A stretch of DNA of 64,000 nucleotides. It comes from Eledone cirrhosa. Lineage: Eukaryota. Both the position numbers and the translations under genes were made by a program. The stretch spans positions 11,904,001-11,968,000 of the forward strand of contig OZ024763.1 in the NCBI GenBank assembly GCA_964016885.1, written 5' to 3'. Below the pieces are notes generated by a model that saw only the letters and a program-made list of their open reading frames with translations, did no database searches and was not told where the DNA came from. Below, piece by piece: positions 39,941 through 52,359 of this stretch (position 1 is the stretch's first letter; the number at the start of each line of letters is the position of its first letter).

Positions 39941-42120
39941 TTCATCATCATCATCATCACCGTTTTACGTCCGTTCTTCCACGCTAGCATGGGTTAGACG
40001 GGTTGTCCTGTTGTGGGCAGTGTCTGGTCGGCTGACCATGCCTTGCTCATACAGGAACTGATCTGGCTTGATTTCTACAGCTGGATGCCCTTCCTAACAC
40101 CAACCTCATTTACAGTGAGTGCTGGGTGCTTTTTCGTGGCGCCTACACGTCCACTTTACAGTGTGGGCTGGGTGCTTTTTTGCCGTGGCACCTCCACGAC
40201 CACCTTGCGGTGGGGGGGGGGGGGGCATATTGTTTATATGCTTCAGCATGTACCCATGGGAGGTCGGGTACCCTGTATTACTGCGTGACGCCAGAAGTCA
40301 CGGTCGTGTGTCATTGACTTTGAGAGGTGTAGTTGGGTAAGGTCGGCTTTTATCACCTCATCCCAAGTCATCTTGGGTCTCCCCACTCCGCGGTTTCCAT
40401 CAACTTCTAGTGCTCTGCACCTTTTTATGCAGCTGTCATCCTTCATACGCATCACATGTCCATACCAGCGTAACCGCCTCTCCTGCACGCAGCATTTGAT
40501 TCCTCTTATGCTCAGTCTCTCTCTCAATTCATTTATGCTTTGTCGTTCACGTATATTACTGTTACACATCCATCGGAGCATGCAGGCTTCGTTTCTCTCT
40601 AATCTACGTAAGTCTTCCACCTTCAGCGCCCAGGTCTCACTACCATGCAACATCGCTGTTCGGATACACGCATCATACAGTCTGCCTTTCATTCTGAGGG
40701 AGAAGCCTTTTGCAGCTAGCAGTGGTAGTAGTTCCCTAAACTTCTTCCATCCCGTTCTTACCCTAGTTATTGTACTTTCTGAGCACCCACCTCCGTTGCT
40801 AATTCGGTCACCTAGGTAGCAGAAGCTGTCTACTGTTTCTACAGGGCCCTCCCAGAGATTGGTGGTACTTGTTTCCTGTGGCTGTTTGCTTGCTGTTTCA
40901 GCACAGCTGCTGCATGTGAATCCTACATTCTTAATTAAGCTTCCTGAGATCCCGCTACATCTCTTGTGTACCCATTGTTTGCATTTGGGGCAGAGAATGG
41001 AGTTCCTACCTACACCTTTCCTACATACTGAGCAAGGCCATTTCCCTGAGGGGATCTGGGTTCTGTTTTCTCGTCTACTTATAAGGACCTTAGTCTTTGT
41101 CATGTTGACTTTGAGGCCCTTTCTCTCTAGTCCCTGCTTCCAGGTTTGGAATTTATTCTCTAGTTCTACCATAGATTCAGCTATGAGTGCGAGGTCATCA
41201 GCATACAGGAGTTCCCATGGGCATCCGGTCTTAAACTCCTCCGTTATTGCCTGCAGGACTATGATGAACAGGAGAGGGCTAAGAACAGAGCCCTGGTGGA
41301 CCCCAACCTGTACGCTAAATTCCTCGCTATACTCATTGCCAATCCTAACTTTGCTGACTGCTCCCCTATACATGGCTTGTACCGCTTTCACAAGCCATTC
41401 ATCTACTCCTAGTTTTCTAAGAGCCCACCAGATTACTGCACGTGGAACTCTGTCAAAGGCTTTCTCAAGGTCGACAAATGCCAAGTAGAGTGGCTTACTT
41501 TTAGCTAGGTACTTTTCCTGTAATTGCCTCACAAGGAAGAGCGCATCAGTGGTGCCTTTCCCTGGAACAAACCCAAATTGCATCTCGTCTATATTCACCC
41601 GGTCCCTAATCAGCTGTGCTATAACTCTTTCTGTTACTTTCATGACCTGGTCCATCAACTTTATACCTCTATAGTTTCCTCTATCTAGTGCATCGCCTTT
41701 ACCTTTGTAGCAGTTGACAATGATGCTACTGCACCAATCTTTTGGTATGGCCCCCTCTAGTATTACCTGGTTAACGATACGTGTGGTTATAGTGTGACCT
41801 ACAGACCCAGATGCCTTCAGCATCTCGGCAGCTATACCCGATGGACCGGTTGCCTTCCCTATCTTCATATCTCTGATTGCCTTACTTACTACGCTGCCGC
41901 TGACTTGTACTGCTGGTCCCTCTATAGGGTCTACGTGGGGTAGGGTCTCTTCTTCCCATGCATTCTCCTCATTTAGTAATCTATCATAATGACTCTTCCA
42001 TGCATCTTTCTTCTCAGCACTTGTGAGGGCAAGCTCACCTTTATCATTCCGGATACACTTCTCTCCAATGACATCACAACTATCTCTGACACACTGCCTC
42101 GCAATCTTGAATACCTCCTG
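39941..42120 (-). mobile_element. Young RTE LINE insertion with 3' UTR and (GAT)n tail, inserted in a 51-bp minisatellite
   Basis: (CAT)n tail at 39942-39959 on +, then the 3' UTR with 48-bp repeat units, then the ORF. The same minisatellite unit lies on both sides. Probable short TSD C(C/T)GTTT. Confidence 0.92.
40243..42120 (-). CDS. RTE-clade LINE ORF (reverse transcriptase), 5'-truncated; endonuclease domain absent
   Basis: ORF track 40243..41868 has the non-LTR RT motifs NYRGIKLM, QFGFVPGKGTTDA, AFVDLEKAFDRV, GVHQGSVLSPLLF and YADD (41194-41205), plus RTE-type C-terminal RLRWYGHV..GRPK.TW. Manual translation shows the frame stays open upstream to ~42120 (QEVFKIARQCVRD...AWKSHYDRLLNEEN...). 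Confidence 0.95.
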   Translation of the reverse strand, partial: QEVFKIARQCVRDSCDVIGEKCIRNDKGELALTSAEKKDAWKSHYDRLLNEENAWEEETLPHVDPIEGPAVQVSGSVVSKAIRDMKIGKATGPSGIAAEMLKASGSVGHTITTRIVNQVILEGAIPKDWCSSIIVNCYKGKGDALDRGNYRGIKLMDQVMKVTERVIAQLIRDRVNIDEMQFGFVPGKGTTDALFLVRQLQEKYLAKSKPLYLAFVDLEKAFDRVPRAVIWWALRKLGVDEWLVKAVQAMYRGAVSKVRIGNEYSEEFSVQVGVHQGSVLSPLLFIIVLQAITEEFKTGCPWELLYADDLALIAESMVELENKFQTWKQGLERKGLKVNMTKTKVLISRRENRTQIPSGKWPCSVCRKGVGRNSILCPKCKQWVHKRCSGISGSLIKNVGFTCSSCAETASKQPQETSTTNLWEGPVETVDSFCYLGDRISNGGGCSESTITRVRTGWKKFRELLPLLAAKGFSLRMKGRLYDACIRTAMLHGSETWALKVEDLRRLERNEACMLRWMCNSNIRERQSINELRERLSIRGIKCCVQERRLRWYGHVMRMKDDSCIKRCRALEVDGNRGVGRPKMTWDEVIKADLTQLHLSKSMTHDRDFWRHAVIQGTRPPMGTC

Positions 42121-42739
42121 TTTGTGGTCGTCTATCTAGCTACATGGTATTTACCCCTGGTCTACAGGCTATTTGTGGTCGTCTATCTAGCTATATGGTA
42201 TTTACCTCTGGTCTACAGTCTGTTTGTGATCTATCTAGCTATAGGCTATTTGTAATCTGTAGTCTAGTTGGCTATAGCCTATTTATCCCTGGTCTGTGGT
42301 CTAACTAGCTAGTGTGTGTTCTGTGCTGTTGAAATCTGCCACCACCACCACTACTACCATCACCTACACCACCACCACTAACTAATACTACCACTGCCAC
42401 TACCACTACTACCATCACCTACACCACCACCACTAACTAATACTACCACTGCCACCACCACTACTACCATCACCTACACCACCACTAACTACTACTACCA
42501 CTTCCACCACCACTACTAACCATCACCTCCACCACTAACTACTACTACCACTGCCACCACCACTACTACCATCACCTCCACCACCACTAACTACTACTAC
42601 CACTGCCACCACCACTACTACCATCACCTCCACCACCGCCGCCACCATTACTAGCTGACTCACTATAAAACAGACATCATTTAACATGAGTGGAACTGAT
42701 ACACTTGAATAGTAGGAAGGGGTTGTGAGTGTGTGCGTG

Positions 42740-43020
42740 GGGTTCCTTGGTGCTTGATTCAGTTTATGTGGGGGAGGAGGGGGGGGGGGGCTTGGTGCTT
42801 GATTCAGTTTATGTGAGGGGGAGGGGTCCTTGGTGCTTGATTCAGTTTATGTGGAGGGAGGGGTCCTTGGTGCTTGAATAGGTTTATGTGGGGGGAGGGG
42901 GCCCTTGGTGCTTGATTCAGATTGTGTGTGGGGGGGGGGGGGGGGGGCCCTTGGTGCTTGATTCAGATTGTTGGGGGGGGGGTTCAGTTTTTGGGGGAGG
43001 GTCCTTGGTGTTTGATTCAT
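42740..43020. repeat. G-rich ~40-bp minisatellite
   Basis: ccttggtgcttgattcag...ggggg units. Confidence 0.85.
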
Positions 43021-43310
43021 CTTCATTCTTGGCAAAATAATGGTTTCTGGTTTAGCCAGCAATTTGAAGGAAATGGAAAATCGATTAAATTGATCTCAGT
43101 GCATTACTGGTACTTTATTTCATTGACCCTGTAAGGGTGAAAGGCAAAGTTAACCTCGGTGGGATTTGAACTCAGAACATAAAGCCCCGTAACTCTCTGT
43201 CGTGAAGCAGGGTGACCAACGCTCTACCGAAAATAATAACGTACACATCCACCACCTCACTCACACTCACACAATCTCTCTCGAGCTCTCACACAATCTC
43301 TGTCTCACTC

Positions 43311-43354
<44 letters not shown>

Positions 43355-43509
43355 ACTCACTCTCGCTCTCCCTCACACACTGTCTCTGTCTCTCTCACCC
43401 ACTCTCACTCACTCTCGCTCTCACTCTTTCTCACTCTCTCTCAAACTCACTCCCCTCTCTCTCACACACTCCCCTCTCTCTCTCACACACACACACAAAC
43501 ATTGTATTA

Positions 43510-43980
43510 GTGCTGCCTGGCCAAGTAGTTAAATAGTTCACTTTACAATCGTAAGGTCATGGGTTGAATGCCACCACACAACATCTCGGACACGTGACAT
43601 TTACCATAGGTGTGAGTCAACTCATACTTTGTGAATAAAATTGGGTGGACAGAAACTGTGAGGAAGCCCATTAGATGGCTTATATTTGTAATTCAAAGGG
43701 CCAGGCTTGTTACACTCTGTTATGCTGAATCTCCCTGAGAATTACGTCAGTTGTATATGTTACTGTGGAATGCTCAGCCACTTACAATATAATACTAGGT
43801 GGCCTGTATTTGTAATTCAATGGGCTAGTCTTGATACATGGTGAATCTCCCTGAGAATCATGTTAGTTGTACATGTTACTGTAGAATGCTTGGCCAGTAG
43901 CATGTAAATTTAATGAGCAGGTGCTTTTGTTGAATGATCAGCTGAAACGCTCCTCTACGAAACCGACGAAGGACCATTCT
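43510..43980 (+). mobile_element. Family-3 SINE, diverged, two tail units
   Basis: tRNA-like head plus tail units homologous to 23225-23710. Confidence 0.7.
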
Positions 43981-44341
43981 GTCTTAACATAACATTTGCA
44001 TATTTGACTTAAGAGTTCATTAGAATATATGTACACTTTTATTTACACTCCTACAAACCACAGCTGCCTTAACAATGGAATATAACCCAACATGGGACAG
44101 ACTGTAACAGTATTGAGTGCTTGGAAAAGTGAATCACCTGTAACTAGCTACGCATTTACCTAAAACACACGCACACACGCACGCACACACACATATCAGA
44201 TTAGAGGTGGTAGAAACCAGTTAGACTATTATTCAACAGATTACTCGATACTCGGGGTAGTAGAGTGGGTAATAGGAAACAATTCAGGACCTCGACAGCT
44301 GAGCTCCAGCTGTTTCAACAGCTAGATCCGAACTAGCTGTA

Positions 44342-44403
<62 letters not shown>

Positions 44404-44500
44404 CACAGGATGTCCCAAAATATGTATACTCACAGGATGTGCATTCTAAGAAATATTGCCTGTACAAGTAATCAAAGTGTGTATACATTTTTGGGGGACA
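44404..44500. mobile_element. Small Tc1/mariner-like MITE, truncated by a SINE
   Basis: caggatgtcccaaaatatgtatac ... gtatacatttttgggggaca inverted ends in TA context. Confidence 0.55.
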
Positions 44501-44501
44501 T

Positions 44502-44837
44502 TCATTCATTTCATTTTACGTCCGCTTTTTCCCTGCTTGCAAGGGTGGGACGGGAACTGATTCTGGCTTGATTTCTACAGCTGGATGCCCTTCCTAACAC
44601 CAACCTCATTTACAGTGAGTGCTGGGTGCTTTTTTGCCGTGGCACCTCCACGACCACTTTGCAGTGGAATGATATGGACCCCAGTCCCTATCATCTCATT
44701 TCTACAGCTGAGTAAACTGGAGCAATGTGAAATAAAGTGTCTTGCTCAAGGTAACAACACATCACCCGGTCTGAGAATTGATCTCACAATCTTTCGATTG
44801 CAAGGCCAATGCTCTAGCCACTAAGCCATGTGCCTCC
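44502..44837 (-). mobile_element. CORE-SINE family 1, full length
   Basis: Same sequence; abuts a truncated Tc1/mariner-like MITE. Confidence 0.9.
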
Positions 44838-44908
44838 ATATATTTATATATATATAAAACCATATTTATTTTATTATATATACTTCAAGGTGTTAAAGAG
44901 TATATATA

Positions 44909-45287
44909 CGAGGGCAATCCCAAAAGTAAGGTCTCCTTCTGATATTGCAACTTTTCCGTTAAAATCCTGTGGATGGTGCTTCGGGAAACCTCAGGAACCA
45001 AAATGCAGAGAGCATCCGCCAATGTTTACGCATGTTTTCCTCAGAAGGAGACCTTACTTTTGGGATTGCCCACGTATATAATAACTGCGCGAAATTCGCA
45101 CTTGGCTGTAGCATTCAATGGGGCTCCATTCTCAATGGCTGCCAAGCCAAGATTGAGCATCCCAGCGAAGCGCATGCATGTTTGTTTGGAAGTGAAGGAA
45201 GCACCAATCACAACAGTGTTGCCAACAGCCGTACGAACAGTTTCTCTGCATCCCCATCGCTTTGGAGACCTTACTTTTGGGATTACC

Positions 45288-45291
<4 letters not shown>
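44909..45291. mobile_element. Mariner-type MITE with one left and two right TIRs
   Basis: TA|CGAGGGCAATCCCAAAAGTAAGGTCTCC. Reverse complements end at 45074 and 45291, each followed by TA. Confidence 0.8.
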
Positions 45292-45340
<49 letters not shown>

Positions 45341-45410
45341 CTACCCAAGAAAATTCAACTGATAAGGTATGATTTCCTTGGGTATATCATAATTTATAAA
45401 ACACACTTTG

Positions 45411-45472
45411 TATTTTATCTGATGAAAGCGCACCAAAGTTTTTGGTACCCTTGAAATATATATAATAGAATA
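45411..45472 (+). ncRNA. Predicted type I hammerhead ribozyme (PLE repeat family B)
   Basis: Stem I tattttat/atagaata, CUGAUGA at 45419-45425, stem II aag..accaa/ttggt..ctt, GAAA at 45453-45456, palindromic stem III AUAUAUAU, AUA cleavage after 45464. Confidence 0.75.
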
Positions 45473-45512
45473 AATATGGTTTTATAAATATAGCTTCTAT
45501 TTATTTAATATC

Positions 45513-45559
<47 letters not shown>

Positions 45560-47869
45560 TCTTTAACACCAGTTCCAGGCTACGGGCTGAGCCCATGCTG
45601 GGGCTCCACTATTATATATATATACACCCACCCACAGATATGTACTCACACTTACCTATACACAATTACACATCCATGAATAATATATATTATAAAAGTG
45701 TGTCATGCCAAAAGTAAACAGGAATAACATAGCAAATGACACAGTACAATGAAGAAATATATATATACACGCCTTCACATATAAATATATATATATATAT
45801 ATATATGACATATCTATACACACACATACATATACACAGATACATATATAACATACATATACAGACATACACACATATATGACATACATATACACACACA
45901 CATATGACATACATACACACACACATATGACATACATATACACAAACACACATATATGACACATACACACACATATGGCATACATACACACACACATATA
46001 TGACATACATACACACACACATATATGACACATACACACACACATATGACATATATACACACACACATATGACATATATACACACACACATGACATACAT
46101 AACATACATATATGGCATACATATACACACGACATACGTATACACACACATATATATATATACACATATGACATACACACACATATATGACATACACACA
46201 CACACGACACATACACATACCTATGACATACACACATGCATATATGACACATACACATACATATGACACATACACACATATATGACATAAACACACATAT
46301 ATGACATATATATATTTACATTAATACTTTTTCTTTAAACTAAACAAATGAACTGAATGTGTCTATGTAACATGTAACTATAGTGTGTGTGTAGTATGTA
46401 TGTCAGTGTGTGTGTGTGTGTGTGGTATGTATGTCAATGTATGTGTGTGTGTGGTATGTCAATGTATGTGTGTGTGGTATGTGTGTGTATGCCTGCCATT
46501 GTATGTGTGTGTATGTCTGTCAATGTGTATGTGTGTGTATGTCTGCCATTGTCTGTGTGTGTATGTCTGCCATTGTCTGTGTGTGTATGTCTGCCATTGT
46601 ATGTGTGTGTATGTCTGTCATTGTATGCGTATGTCTGTCAATGTGTATGTGTGTGTATGTCTGCCATTGTATGTGTGTGTATGTCTGCCATTGTATGCGT
46701 ATGTCTGTCAATGTGTATGTGTGTGTATGTCTGCCATTGTATGTGTGTGTATGTCTGTCAATGTGTATGTGTGTGTATGTCTGCCATTGTCTGTGTGTGT
46801 ATGTCTGTCAATGTGTATGTGTGTGTATGTCTGTCATTGTCTGTGTGTGTATGTCTGTCATTGTCTGTGTGTGTGTATGTCTGCCATTGTCTGTGTGTGT
46901 ATGTCTGTCATTGTCTGTGTGTGTATGTCTGCCATTGTCTGTGTGTGTATGTCTGCCATTGTCTGTGTGTGTATGTCTGCCATTGTATGTGTGTGTATCT
47001 CTGTCAATGTGTATGTGTGTGTATGTCTGCCATTGTCTGTGTGTGTATGTCTACCTCAGTATGTCTGCCACTGTCTGTCTGTCTGTCTGTGTGGTATGTG
47101 GCCTTGGAAGAATTAAAAATAAAATTCTAGTTGACTCAGTCTATATTATCATCACTACCATCACCACCATCACTACCGCCACTACCACCACCACTACCTT
47201 CACCACCAACACTACCAACACTACCATCACCACCATCACTACCGCCACTACCACCACCACTACCTTCACCACAAACACTACCACCACTACCACCACTACC
47301 ATCACTACCATCACTATCATCACTACCATCACCACCACCATCACCACCATAACTACCGCCACTACCACCATCACTACCGCCACTACCACCATCACCACCA
47401 TAACTACCACCATCACCACCATCACTACCATTATTACAGCTACCACCATCACTACCTCCACTGCCACTACCATCATCACTATCACTACTATCACCATTAC
47501 ACAACCACTACTACCACAGCCTCCACCACCACCATACCACAGCCACACCACCACCACTACCATTTTCTAGAGGTCGGTTATTAGACATGTTATGACTTGC
47601 TAAATATCTGATAATGTGTTTTATTCTACCACTACACCCCCCACTACCTCCACCACACCACTACCACTGTCACTACACCCCCCACTACCACCACCACACC
47701 ACTACACCCCGCACTACACCACCACCGTCACTACACCCCCCACTACCACTACTACACCGCCCCACTACTCCTACACCTCTACCACTCACTACCATTGCAC
47801 CACCACCACTTCTTCACTGATTCACTAGTGATTATAATGACATCATAGGTCACATGTAACAACTGCAGG

Positions 47870-47903
<34 letters not shown>

Positions 47904-48017
47904 GCTACACAAAAGGAGTTCATCCCATCTGAAGAAAGAGCTTTGTTAAGTGGAATGGCTGATGCAGTGGGTATTGCTGGCTATTTTCTGTTGCAACACT
48001 TTCACTATGTTGTCTAT

Positions 48018-48987
48018 AGGTCACCACTGAGATATACCAGCCAGGGGTGTAGTTTGTCTCCTACCCTTCAGGTCACCACTGAGATATACCAGCCAGGGGT
48101 GTAGTTTGTCTCCTACCCTTCAGGTCACCACTGAGATATACCAGCCAGGGGTGTAGTTTGTCTCCTACCCTTCAGGTCACCACTGAGATATACCAGCCAG
48201 GGGTGTAGTTTGTCTCCTACCCTTCAGGTCACCACTGAGATATACCAGCCAGGGGTGTAGTTTGTCTCCTACCCTTCAGGTCACCACTGAGATATACCAG
48301 CCAGGAGTGTAGTTTGTCTCCTACCCTTCAGGTCACCACTGAGATATACCAGCCAGGGGTGTAGTTTGTCTCCTACCCTTCAGGTCACCACTGAGATATA
48401 CCAGCCAGGGGTGTAGTTTGTCTCCTACCCTTCAGGTCACCACTGAGATATACCAGCCAGGGGTGTAGTTTGTCTCCTACCCTTCAGGTTACCACTGAGA
48501 TATACCAGCCAGGGGTGTAGTTTGTCTCCTACCCTTCAGGTCACCACTGAGATATACCAGCCAGGAGTGTAGTTTGTCTCCTACCCTTCAGGTCACCACT
48601 GAGATATACCAGCCAGGGGTGTAGTTTGTCTCCTACCCTTCAGGTCACCACTGAGATATACCAGCCAGGGGTGTAGTTTGTCTCCTACCCTTCAGGTCAC
48701 CACTGAGATATACCAGCCAGGGGTGTAGTTTGTCTCCTACCCTTCAGGTCACCACTGAGATATACCAGCCAGGGGTGTAGTTTGTCTCCTACCCTTCAGG
48801 TTACCACTGAGATATACCAGCCAGGGGTGTAGTTTGTCTCCTACCCTTCAGGTCACCACTGAGATATACCAGCCAGGGGTGTAGTTTGTCTCCTACCCTT
48901 CAGGTCACCACTGAGATATACCAGCCAGGGGTGTAGTTTGTCTCCTACTCTTCAGGTCACCACTGAGATATACCAGCCAGGGGTGTA
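48018..48987. repeat. 52-bp highly homogeneous minisatellite (~18.6 copies)
   Basis: aggtcaccactgagatataccagccaggggtgtagtttgtctcctacccttc. Confidence 0.95.
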
Positions 48988-49582
48988 CAGTTGGCCTCCT
49001 TCATTTTTCCCATTTGCTCTTTTTTTCATTATTCAATTTCTCCCTGTTTTTTCTCTCTTTACCTGTTTATTGGCAGAATTGGTAGAACACCGGACAACAT
49101 GCTTTATGGTGTCTAGTTACGACCCTTTATGTTCTGAGTTCAAATCCCGCCGAGGTTAACTTTGCCTTTCATCCTTACGGGGTCGATAAAATAAAGTACC
49201 AGTAATGTACTGGGTAATTTATGGCCTTGTGCCAATAGTAGAAACAATTAAATATTGCTGTTCAACAATAAACTTCTTTATATAGATCTAGCTAGTATGT
49301 AAATCTATCTCTCAATGTCTGTGACTGTTATATATACCCTTTACTTTCTCTCTTGTCCTCTATATATACACTCACCATTGTCCCCACTGAATTTGCTGAA
49401 CATCCATGTTTGCTTTTCTTCTGATTTTATTTTCTATGCACAAAGAAATATTTAGCATTTAAAACAAGCTTTTAAATGCATATAAACACACATGTATATA
49501 GTATATGTGTACAGCAGAGCACTGAGTTTTTGTTTTAATATATTCAAATATATGTATGTGTAAATATATCTGTATGCATCAA

Positions 49583-49790
49583 CCCTTTAACATTTACATT
49601 ACTCTATATATTATATTGTATTTTTGTGGTAAAGTCTTTATCTTACATAATATCGAATCTATGAGATTTTTATATTATTTATTTTGAGAACAATACCTTC
49701 ACATCAGTATGGGCGGCCAGTTATGGCTGGTTTGAACAGAACGAGGTGAGAGAATTCTAGCTGGATACGGCCGGTTGAAATGCTAAAGGG
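49583..49790 (-). mobile_element. P1 MITE
   Basis: Reverse copy with both TIRs. Confidence 0.85.
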
Positions 49791-49996
49791 TTCAATGTGT
49801 CGGTCCACATGTTTTGTGTCTAGGGTTCAACATGTCGGTCCTCAAGTTTTGTGTCTAGGGTTCAACATGTCGGTCCTCAAGTTTTGTGTCTAGGGTTCAA
49901 CATGTCGGTCCTCAAGTTTTGTGTCTAGGGTTCAACATGTCGGTCCTCAAGTTTTGTGTCTAGGGTTCAACATGTCGGTCCTCAAGTTTTGTGTCT
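49787..49996. repeat. 35-bp minisatellite starting at the MITE end
   Basis: agggttcaacatgtcggtcctcaagttttgtgtct, about 6 copies. Confidence 0.92.
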
Positions 49997-50149
49997 AATG
50001 TCTGTGTTTGTAATAATGTCTAAATATTCACACGCTGTTTACAGTGGGTGGCAGTTCTTTAACTTACTGAATTTACCACAAAACATAATACATTGGGGAT
50101 CATGTTGTCTTCCCAGACGTCGTATCTGTCACCAGGTCCTGAAATTTAA

Positions 50150-50790
50150 CCCTTTAGTATTCACATTATTTTATATATACTATTATATTTTCATGGTAAA
50201 GGTTTTATCTCACATAATTATCTCACATAATATCGAGTCTATGAGATTTTGAAAGTATTTATTTTGAAAACAATACCCTAACATCAATTTGAGCGACCAG
50301 TTACAGCCAGTTTCAACAGAAAGAGGTAGAGAATTCTGGCCGGTTTTGGCCGGTTTGAACATTAAAGGGTTACGGTTGATTGGTTAGAAAATGAATATGC
50401 AATGACACAAAATGTGCACGGGCAGGAGAGGGGGGGGGTCAGTTTGTTTTGAGTCACCCTATAGTTACCTGCAACAATTTAACCCTTTAGCATTTACATT
50501 ACTCTTTATATACTATTGTATTTTCATGGTAAAGGCTTTATCTCACACAATATTAAATCGAAGAGATTTTGATAAGATTTATTTTGAGAACAATACCTTA
50601 ACGTCAGTATCAGTGGCCAGTTACAGCCAGTTTTAACTGAAAGAGGTGAGAGAATTCTGGCTGGATACGGCCGGTTTAAATGCTAAAGTGTTAAGGTTGA
50701 TTCATTAGAAAATGAATATACAGTGACACAAAACGTGCACGGGGGTCAGTTTGTTTTGTGTCACTCTGTAGTTACTTGCAACATTTAAAT
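50150..50790 (-). mobile_element. Two P1 MITEs in a ~330-bp tandem duplication
   Basis: Copies at 50150-50369 and 50483-50690, each followed by the same ~100-bp flank. Confidence 0.85.
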
Positions 50791-51574
50791 ATTTAATGTA
50801 AATATGTGTTATGTTTGGGATAAAAATGAACTCTTTTGAAACCATATTTCTATATATACTGTATTTCAAATAATTAATAAAGAATTTGGAGAGATTTATT
50901 AAAATTATTAATTACTTTTTTATGAAGATAGTAACTTAATTCTTATATACATTTATATTGGAAGATTCTAATTTAAATATGAACTCTGTATTTCAATTAA
51001 TTAATAAAGAATTTAGAAAGATTTATTTATATTATTAATTATTTCATTATTAAGATAGTAAATTGACATATGCTTCTTGTATAAACTTATGTTGGAAAAT
51101 TTCAATAAGGGTGGTTTCGTTTCATGGAACCAGAGCTAGTTCTGGGTAGGTTGGTATCAAAAGGGTTAATGAATAGTAGTGAGGGATTTACTAAAATAAT
51201 TATTTCATTAATATGATAGTAACGCAACATATGGTTCTTGTATAAAGTTATGTTGGAGGATATTAACTTGAATAGGAACTGCATAAAATGGGCGTTTGAT
51301 TCATGGGGCTTGATTTGGTTTTGGGTGCGTTGGTATCAGAAAGATTAATATACCATTGAGTCCCTTTCATAGTTCCCTATTTTTACATCTCTGTTAGAGA
51401 TGTCATTGATATAGGTCTCCCTATTTCAGCTCTTTATTTCTCTTCCCTGGAACAGCTGTAATTCTATCTCTACTAAATAAATACATACAAACAAATCTAT
51501 GTGACTAGTGAGTAATTATTATAAACAGTATTTTACATGAAAACTTCCATAATAAACCTTGAATACATGATACT

Positions 51575-52160
51575 ATTGATATAATATCTCGCTAACGTCT
51601 GCCTACGATATCGCCACCATATATCTCGAATGTGGGCTTAAAGTATGCATACTGCTCTCTCTCACGTGTGCCTTGCATTTCAATCATTCATTTGAGATCT
51701 CAAGCATGTGCTGAGGATATCATCATTATATAATATGACTCTAGTGTGTACTTAGGATATCGCCATTATATGATATATCTCTTTAGCGTGTGCCTGGGAT
51801 ATCACCATTATATAATATCTCGTTAGTGTGTGTCTAGGATATCACCATCATATATCTCTTTAGCATGTGCCTGGGATATCACCATTATATAATATCTCTT
51901 TAGCATGTGCCTGGGATAATACCATTATATAATATCTCTTTAGCATGTGCCAAGGATATCACCATTATATAATATCTCTTTAGCGTGTGCCTGGGATATC
52001 ACCATTATATAATATCTCGTTAGTGTGTGTCTAGGATATCACCATCATATATCTCTTTAGCATGTGCCAAGGATATCACCATCATATAATATCTCTTTAG
52101 CATGTGCCTGGGATATCACCATCATATATCTCTCTAGGCTGTGGCTAGGATATCATATAA
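51575..52160. repeat. ~40-bp degenerate minisatellite
   Basis: ggatatcaccattatataatatctctttagcatgtgcctg. Confidence 0.85.
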
Positions 52161-52359
52161 CAGAAATGGTAGACTTTGTATGTGGCAGATTAAGGGTTCT
52201 GGCCCTCTACAGCCTGAGTTCAAATCTTGCTCAGATCAACTTCGTCTCTCATCCTTTTAGAGTTGATAAAGTTATCAGTCCAACTGAGGGCCTGGATTGG
52301 GAGAGTTATTACAGCATTTGTCCTGATACCTTGTGGTGTCTGTTATGGTGTGGCTTGGG

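Noticed and set aside
39286-40061. 233-aa and 251-aa repeat proteins
   Set aside because: The 51/48-bp minisatellite period is divisible by three, which keeps frames open by chance.
40373-41488. Plus-strand ORFs overlapping the LINE
   Set aside because: Antisense shadows of the RT ORF with no recognisable motifs.
47860-48110. Possible host exon (TQKEFIPSEERALLSGMADAVG...)
   Set aside because: No convincing acceptor/donor pair or recognisable domain, and it runs into the minisatellite.
48018-48987. CRISPR-like regular array (also 52360-53432, 55157-55885, 11797-12550)
   Set aside because: Units are contiguous tandem copies with no unique spacers; there are no cas genes and the context is eukaryotic.
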